Source: Edaphobacter aggregans
GTDB lineage: Bacteria; Acidobacteriota; Terriglobia; Terriglobales; Acidobacteriaceae
Direction of reading: 5' to 3'
Length of the DNA: 32,000 bases
NCBI RefSeq assembly: GCF_003945235.1
Contig: NZ_RSDW01000001.1
Coordinates: forward strand, 960,001 to 992,000
The first letter of the stretch is position 1. Every line of letters begins with the position of its first letter. This document shows, piece after piece, positions 26,386 to 32,000 of the stretch. Below the pieces are notes generated by a model. It saw nothing but the letters and a program-made list of their open reading frames with translations, made no database searches and was not told the origin of the DNA. The position numbers and the translations under genes were made by a program.

Positions 26386-27840
26386 TCAATTTGGGCTAGT
26401 GTTCTCTGGCTGCTGTCCGGGTCCTTGACCGCCGAGCCTGAAGTTGACGGTGATTTGCGTTTCCACTTCGATCGGTTCCCCCTTGAACGAATAGGGAGGA
26501 TATTGCCAGGTCTTAGCTGCGTCTAGCGCTGCCTGCCGCAGGAGCTGCGGTCCTGAGAGAACCCTGAGGTTTTCGATGGCGCCTTGCCTGGAAATCGTAG
26601 CCTGAAGAACGACCGCGCCCTCAATATGGGCTGCCCGAGCGACTGTGGGATACTCGGGAGTCATTCCGCTAATCCGGTTACCAATCATGTCAAACGGCAC
26701 GCTCAATTTGCCATCGACGAGCGTTGGGTTGATGGAGGACGTATGTGCCCTTCCTTTTGCAACCATATGGGCCGTCATTGCCATGGCATAACCGTTCTCA
26801 ACGCTGCAGGGTTTATCTGGCACAATTGGCTTGCCCATGAAATCGCGAGACGGACCTGGAGGGGCTGCATTTATTTGGATTGCCTTTTGATCGATTGCTC
26901 CTTTTGTCTCTCGAGCAACATCCATTTTTTTGGCGGCTTCTGACCAATCCGGGATCAATGCTCCACTGTCCTGCAGCTTGGATGTGCAGATTCCTGCTTT
27001 GAGCCCCCGCAATGCCTCCGACGTGAGGGTGCAGAACGCTGAGCAGGCCGGAGGGTCGCCGCAATCAGCAGAGGAACTCCCGCTTTTGCATGCCTGGTAC
27101 TTCGCGTAATTCCGCACACACGACTTGGCCGGCTCCGCGCAAAGTTCCGCGAACCGCTGATTCAAATCGCTGAAGAGCGCCATCGCTTCCGGTGGATCTG
27201 ACACTGTAGGCTGGTTCTTCGGAGTAACTCCGACTCTTATCCGTGCTGCGATGTCGTTGATATGCCTGGAAACCGCGTCGAACTGAGTCAAGCTCTCTTT
27301 AAAGTCGCGATACTCGCCTTCTAATTGCGTTGACTTCTTTGTATCTATCGGGGAAGTGCCCGGCGTGCATCCGAGACAGATCGACTGAAAGGCAAATCCG
27401 TAAGTTCCTTCCTTCGTGCGAAGCGCTGCCACCGCATGTGGGGCGTCGTATTGAAAGACGGTTTCCTTTGAGGGTGCGTCCGGCATAAGACTGGTGTTTT
27501 TGGAATCGTTCGGGATAAATCGGACGAGCGAGGCCGACACCATAAATACGCCGGCTACCGGAACTGTACTCTTGGCACTACCACTCACCATCTGTGCTTG
27601 CGCCATTAATGCTGGCCAACATAACGCAGGAGTCGTATCTGTTGGTGATGGGGCGCTACCGGCATGGGGAGCGTTCCCAAGAGGCATTTTGCAAGGAAAC
27701 ACATAATGGAAGTATCCCGGAGCTTCTTCATAGCGTGCCGCCACGCCTCCCGAAAAGAAGGCCGGCTCCTGGGCCATAACGGTGTCGATCTCGAAGAGAA
27801 CGAAGAACAGCAAGAACGATACCGCCGTACTCCATTTCAT
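26386..27840 (-). CDS. secreted protein with a C-terminal TonB_C domain and a large Cys-rich N-terminal region of unknown function
   Basis: The C-terminus PEYPTVARAAHIEGAVVLQATISRQGAIENLRVLSG..LRQAALDAAKTWQYPPYSFKGEPIEV matches the TonB C-terminal fold. The ATG at 27840 (GGAG 7 nt upstream) gives the signal peptide MKWSTAVSFLLFFVLF...VMA. The protein has 12 cysteines. Confidence 0.75.
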   Translation of the reverse strand: MKWSTAVSFLLFFVLFEIDTVMAQEPAFFSGGVAARYEEAPGYFHYVFPCKMPLGNAPHAGSAPSPTDTTPALCWPALMAQAQMVSGSAKSTVPVAGVFMVSASLVRFIPNDSKNTSLMPDAPSKETVFQYDAPHAVAALRTKEGTYGFAFQSICLGCTPGTSPIDTKKSTQLEGEYRDFKESLTQFDAVSRHINDIAARIRVGVTPKNQPTVSDPPEAMALFSDLNQRFAELCAEPAKSCVRNYAKYQACKSGSSSADCGDPPACSAFCTLTSEALRGLKAGICTSKLQDSGALIPDWSEAAKKMDVARETKGAIDQKAIQINAAPPGPSRDFMGKPIVPDKPCSVENGYAMAMTAHMVAKGRAHTSSINPTLVDGKLSVPFDMIGNRISGMTPEYPTVARAAHIEGAVVLQATISRQGAIENLRVLSGPQLLRQAALDAAKTWQYPPYSFKGEPIEVETQITVNFRLGGQGPGQQPENTSPN

Positions 27841-28142
27841 ACGCCCGCTCCGGAACAGCTGATACCACCACACGATTGACGCCAATGCTTAGTTGAAAGT
27901 GCGATTAGCATTTCACTCGATCCGAGGATGGTCAAGGTATTTCCAAAGCTCTCTGGAGAAATCGAGTGTGACGGCAGAGGCTGCGTCCTCGGGAATCGAA
28001 TGCGAGGATAGATGGTGACCGCTTCGGGCCTGTGGGTCTTAAGCTGTGCTTAAGTTTTCGCGCTGATTCGTAAACTAAAATTGACCTGCCATACATGCGA
28101 TCCCTCCGGAGATTCAATTAGTTATTGAGGCCGGAGGTAATA

Positions 28143-29852
28143 ATGAAAAATGTAATTGCTCTCCTTGCCCTCGCAACTGTCTGCTCTGCAGGCACCGCAG
28201 TCGCTCTGGACGACCACCATGACGACCACGGCAACCATGGCCGCATCAAGCGCGTTCTTTTGATCAGCATCGACGGTATGCACGCCGTAGATTTCGCGAA
28301 CTGCGCGAAAGGCATCAGTACAGTGAACAGCGGTGCTCCCTACTGCCCGGCGCTTGCTGCGCTCGGCAAGACCGGGGTGAACTATGTTGCAGCGAGTACC
28401 TCAAAGCCCTCCGATTCGTTCCCCGGTTTGACAGCGATCATTACTGGCGGCAGCCCTGCGCTCACAGGGGTTTATTATGACGTCGCTTACTCGCGGAACT
28501 ATAACGCTCCGGCGAAGACCACCGGCAACGGCGTCGCGGCTGGCTCGTGCACTCCCAACACGGCCCCGACCGGCACGACCACCGAGTACGAGGAAGGCAT
28601 CGATATCGACCAGACCAAGTTGAACGGTGGCGCTCCCGGCGCATCGCTTACCGATGGCGGTATCAATTCGATCGATTCCACGAGACTGGTGCGCGACCCG
28701 AAGAATGGCTGCAATCCTGTCTTCCCCTGGCAGTTCGTCCGGGCCAACAGTATCTTCAGCGTGATCCACAAGAATGGCGGATACGCGGCGTGGTCTGATA
28801 AACATCCGGCTTACTCGTCGGTTGCGAGCGGCATCGGCCCCTCTGCCCTCGATGACTTCTACGCGCCTGAGATCAATTCGAATGTGATTGCTCTGCCTGC
28901 CGTGCAGACGCCTACGGGCCTTTCGTGCAGCACGATTCCTGATCCCGGCTCGGACCTGACGGCCTGGACCAATAGCTTCCTGAACATCGAGTGCTATGAC
29001 ACGCTGAAGGTCAACGCGATCCTGAATGAGATTGATGGCAAGGATCACCTCGGTCAAAAGAAGACCCGGGTGCCGACCATCTTCGGTATGAATTTCCAGG
29101 CTGTCAGCGTCGGTCAAAAGCTTATTGAGAAGAGCAACAACACTAAGGGCGGTTATCTCGATGCAGCTGGAACTCCGTCGGAGGCGTTGCTGGGTGACAT
29201 CAAGTTTGTCGATGCTTCGATCGCCAAGTTTGTCGACGAACTCAAGGATAAGGGTCTCTATGATTCGACACTGATCGTGATTACGGCCAAGCACGGGCAG
29301 TCGCCGATTGATCCGAACCGCTATGTCTCTAATCTCATCAATGGCTCTTCGCCTGCGACGCTGCTCTCGAATGCGGGCTTCATTCCAGACTCTGAATCGA
29401 CCATCGGTTCCGGCATCGGGCCTACGGAAGATGATGTCTCGCTGCTGTGGTTGAAGAGCTCTTCAGATACGCTTGCCAGCGTTAAGATTCTTGAAGACAA
29501 CGCAGCCTCGATCGGGCTTGGGCAGATCTATTATGGCCCGACGGTCACGGTGAACTACAACGACCCAACTGTGGACCCGCGTACTCCGGATATTATCGTG
29601 ACCCCGAATGTTGGAGTCACTTACTCCGGCAGCACCGCGAAGCAGGAGGAGCACGGCGGGTTTGCCCATGACGACACCAATGTGATGCTGCTGGTGGTCA
29701 ACGCCGAAAGCCAACCCCAGACGATCTATGCTGAGGTTGGGACTGCCCAGGTTGCGCCTACTATCCTCAAAGCGCTCGACATCGATCCCTCGGAACTCGA
29801 TGCAGTTCGTGCTGAGGGGACCGGTGTTCTTCCGGATCTCAACCTCTGGTAG
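28143..29852 (+). CDS. alkaline-phosphatase-superfamily phosphodiesterase / nucleotide pyrophosphatase-like protein, secreted
   Basis: GGAGG RBS and signal peptide MKNVIALLALATVCSAGTAVA. LLISIDGMHAVD and PSDSFPGLTAIITGG resemble the type I phosphodiesterase metal and nucleophile motifs. HGGFAHDD lies near the C-terminus. Confidence 0.8.
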   Translation: MKNVIALLALATVCSAGTAVALDDHHDDHGNHGRIKRVLLISIDGMHAVDFANCAKGISTVNSGAPYCPALAALGKTGVNYVAASTSKPSDSFPGLTAIITGGSPALTGVYYDVAYSRNYNAPAKTTGNGVAAGSCTPNTAPTGTTTEYEEGIDIDQTKLNGGAPGASLTDGGINSIDSTRLVRDPKNGCNPVFPWQFVRANSIFSVIHKNGGYAAWSDKHPAYSSVASGIGPSALDDFYAPEINSNVIALPAVQTPTGLSCSTIPDPGSDLTAWTNSFLNIECYDTLKVNAILNEIDGKDHLGQKKTRVPTIFGMNFQAVSVGQKLIEKSNNTKGGYLDAAGTPSEALLGDIKFVDASIAKFVDELKDKGLYDSTLIVITAKHGQSPIDPNRYVSNLINGSSPATLLSNAGFIPDSESTIGSGIGPTEDDVSLLWLKSSSDTLASVKILEDNAASIGLGQIYYGPTVTVNYNDPTVDPRTPDIIVTPNVGVTYSGSTAKQEEHGGFAHDDTNVMLLVVNAESQPQTIYAEVGTAQVAPTILKALDIDPSELDAVRAEGTGVLPDLNLW

Positions 29853-29878
29853 ACAGCTCACAAGAACCATGACAGTTG

Positions 29879-29911
29879 ACGGACGCTCTTTCACGGAGCG
29901 TCCGTTATTTT
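29879..29911 (+). terminator. rho-independent terminator between convergent genes
   Basis: 10-bp stem ACGGACGCTC / GAGCGTCCGT, 7-nt loop, then TATTTT. Confidence 0.7.
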
Positions 29912-29941
29912 GTTGCGGTGGATTTCGCTGACTCGTTGCTA

Positions 29942-31537
29942 CTAGGTGATCTTTAGTTCCATAGCCACGATCGCGCGTTGTGGAATTGAAATTTCTACTC
30001 TGTTGTTGCGAACAACGACCGGGAGAGCGGACAGCTTGATTTCATTCGGCCTGTCCAATGTGTTGCCCGCGGTCATTTCTGTATGCGTCAGAATAGTTCC
30101 CTTCCCTTCGGTGATGCTGCCGCTCGTGAGTCGAATTTGCGCGGCGACGGGTGCGTCTAACGATGGGTTGGTGAGCGTCACGGTCAACGTTTTTTCTCTC
30201 ACGGATGCGGAGCCCGACAGTCCGGGAATGGTTGCACTGCCACTTCGCGATGGGACCTTCAATTCGTCAGCGCGGATGTTCATTGCGGCGAGCTTCGATT
30301 GCATGTGGTTGCGATACATCTCGAAGACGTAATAGACCGGGGTGCGCGCGAAACGATCGCCCTGCGCGAGGAAAAGAGAGTGGATGCAGTTGATCGTCTG
30401 GGCCACATTTGCCATTGCGATTTTGTCTGCGTGCCGATTGAAGACATCGAATGTGACGGCTGTGTGCAGCGCGTCGCGGAGCGTCAGCGGCTGGCTGAGT
30501 ATGTACGCCGGGGTGATCTCTTCACCGGGGCGATACCAGACGCCCCACTCGTCCACGATAAGTTTGGTGTGGCGATCGGGATCGAACTTGCCCATTGCGG
30601 CCCAATGCTGCTCGATGACGGTTTCTGTGCGCAGGCCCTCGCGAATGACGTCGTACCAGCCTCGTGCGTCGAAGGTCGATACCTTTTCCGGGCTGTTTCT
30701 GAAGTCGGTGTAGTAGTGGATGGAGAGGCCGTCTACGCGTGTTCTGTGTCCCTGCATGGCTTCAAAGAAACCGTTTGTCCACCCGAGGTCGAGGTCTTTG
30801 GAATGTCCGCGCGGACCCACGGCGATGAGAAATGGTTTGGGAGGAAATGCCGGGAATTGTGTCACGAAGCGGCGGTACAGGGAGGCATATTCCTGTGGCG
30901 TCATGTCTCCGCCGCAGCCCCAGGATTCATTCCCGACTCCCCAGAAACGCACGCCGAAGGGTTCTTTGGAGCCGTTCATGGCTCGTTCGTTTGCAAGGGA
31001 GACGGTGCCGACGGGAGCGTTGGTGTAGGACACCCAGTCGTGGAACTCCTGCGGAGAGCCCGAGCCCATGTTTGCTGCGAGGTACGGTTCGGCTCCGCTT
31101 AGCCGGCAGAGATTCATGAATTCGTGAATGCCGAAATGGTTGGGCTCGGTGTCGTCCAATCCTTGCGGCATGCTGGCTTGCCAGTAGTTGTAGGTTCGTG
31201 GCCGCCTGGATGGATCGCCGATTCCATCGCGCCAGTGATAGCCGTCCGCAAAACAGCCGCCGGGCCAGCGAAAGTTGGGAACTGCGATGCGCTTCAGGTC
31301 GTCGACGAACTGCTTGCGAATGCCGTCGATGTTGGGGATTTTTGAGTTGCGGCCTACCCAGATGCCGTCGTAGATGACGCCGCCTAAGTGCTCGATGAAT
31401 TGCCCGTAGATGTGGGGGTTTATTTCAGGGCCGGTGTCTTGAGGGGTTATTTCGATTTCGGCTGGGGCTGACGAGGCACCGGTCATCAGCCCTACGGAGG
31501 CGAAGGCGCTGGCGCGAAGAAAGTCTCGGCGATCCAT
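29942..31537 (-). CDS. abfA: GH51 alpha-L-arabinofuranosidase with a Tat signal
   Basis: Twin-arginine signal MDRRDFLRASAF. NFRWPGGCFADGYHWRDGIG and FWGVGNESWGCGG (catalytic acid/base Glu region) are typical of GH51. Confidence 0.9.
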   Translation of the reverse strand: MDRRDFLRASAFASVGLMTGASSAPAEIEITPQDTGPEINPHIYGQFIEHLGGVIYDGIWVGRNSKIPNIDGIRKQFVDDLKRIAVPNFRWPGGCFADGYHWRDGIGDPSRRPRTYNYWQASMPQGLDDTEPNHFGIHEFMNLCRLSGAEPYLAANMGSGSPQEFHDWVSYTNAPVGTVSLANERAMNGSKEPFGVRFWGVGNESWGCGGDMTPQEYASLYRRFVTQFPAFPPKPFLIAVGPRGHSKDLDLGWTNGFFEAMQGHRTRVDGLSIHYYTDFRNSPEKVSTFDARGWYDVIREGLRTETVIEQHWAAMGKFDPDRHTKLIVDEWGVWYRPGEEITPAYILSQPLTLRDALHTAVTFDVFNRHADKIAMANVAQTINCIHSLFLAQGDRFARTPVYYVFEMYRNHMQSKLAAMNIRADELKVPSRSGSATIPGLSGSASVREKTLTVTLTNPSLDAPVAAQIRLTSGSITEGKGTILTHTEMTAGNTLDRPNEIKLSALPVVVRNNRVEISIPQRAIVAMELKIT

Positions 31538-31587
31538 TCCGTAAACTTATATACCATCGCGCCAGCTTTAGGTTGTTGTCCCTGTAC

Positions 31588-32000
31588 CTACCAGTCTTTG
31601 TTCCAGACTGCCAGTACGGGGTAGCGATTTGCCGCGGAAGGCTGATAGTTTGAGCGCGCAACCCACCAGTCGACTCTTGCCTGCGCATCGGCGGCAAACT
31701 TGGGGTCGCTCTCGACTTTCTTCTTGAATTCCGCCATTAGCTCGGGCTTTTCTTCGGCCACTTTGTTCGCGATTGGCACCGTTAAATACTGGGCTGCGCC
31801 GATCCGGCCCATCGGCTGAAAGATGGAGCTGGCGAATCCCCAGCGGATAAGCGCGTCGGGAGCGGCGGGATGGAGGAGCTCCATGATGAGACGCGCGCGT
31901 TGCTGGTTTAGCGGCACCCAGTAGGATCCTGCGGGGACGAGGATGCGCTCACGGACTGGATGCAGGGTGTAATCGGGCATGATGCCACCTTCAAATGCGG
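31588..32000 (-). CDS. C-terminal part of a probable M14-family metallocarboxypeptidase-like protein (gene continues past the window end)
   Basis: The frame is open through 32000 (..AFEGGIMPDY..). The C-terminal pattern YWVPLNQQRARLIMELLHPAAPDALIRWGF...YPVLAV resembles the tails of M14-like peptidases from memory. No catalytic motif lies inside the window. Confidence 0.45.
   Translation of the reverse strand, partial: AFEGGIMPDYTLHPVRERILVPAGSYWVPLNQQRARLIMELLHPAAPDALIRWGFASSIFQPMGRIGAAQYLTVPIANKVAEEKPELMAEFKKKVESDPKFAADAQARVDWWVARSNYQPSAANRYPVLAVWNKDW

Overview
This 32-kb chromosomal segment most likely comes from an Acidobacteriota (Terriglobia-like) genome. That assignment is an inference from a carboxypeptidase-regulatory-domain TonB-dependent receptor, the overall gene content and the base composition. 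I support about 30 protein genes. Housekeeping genes are gap, pgk and tpiA (same strand but split apart by inserted DNA), lepB, murQ, murA and nadK. There is a translationally coupled three-gene osmoprotectant-type ABC importer. A carbohydrate-use patch holds a TonB-dependent receptor, a LacI regulator, an MFS transporter, a GH51 arabinofuranosidase and a phosphodiesterase. Accessory genes are DinB-like, PNK-like P-loop kinase, RidA, an Avd-like four-helix-bundle protein, a Spy/CpxP-like protein, a class A beta-lactamase-like hydrolase and a secreted TonB-C-domain protein. I saw no rRNA, tRNA, CRISPR array, transposase or integrase. The main second-look items follow. (1) The top strand is strongly C/A-rich up to about 24 kb and G/T-rich beyond about 24.9 kb, and the flip lies inside the MFS gene. 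The polarity fits a replication origin or an inversion breakpoint. (2) An apparently unannotated repeat family of about 190 nt has two full inverted copies at 11.6 and 25.3 kb, both between convergent gene ends, and a partial copy that encodes the signal peptide of the ABC binding protein. (3) A 47-48 bp duplicate of the tpiA ribosome-binding site plus its first 8 codons now heads a small 2-TM ORF. It sits beside the Avd-like gene and a heptanucleotide tandem array inserted between pgk and tpiA. (4) A more AT-rich three-gene membrane-protein cluster with two paralogous small proteins lies between gap and pgk. (5) Two genes are damaged: a cytochrome P450 with an in-frame TGA and a frameshift, and a GNAT with a 1-nt frameshift. 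I cannot identify a known defence or secondary-metabolite system here. All function calls rest on motif recognition by eye, not on database searches.
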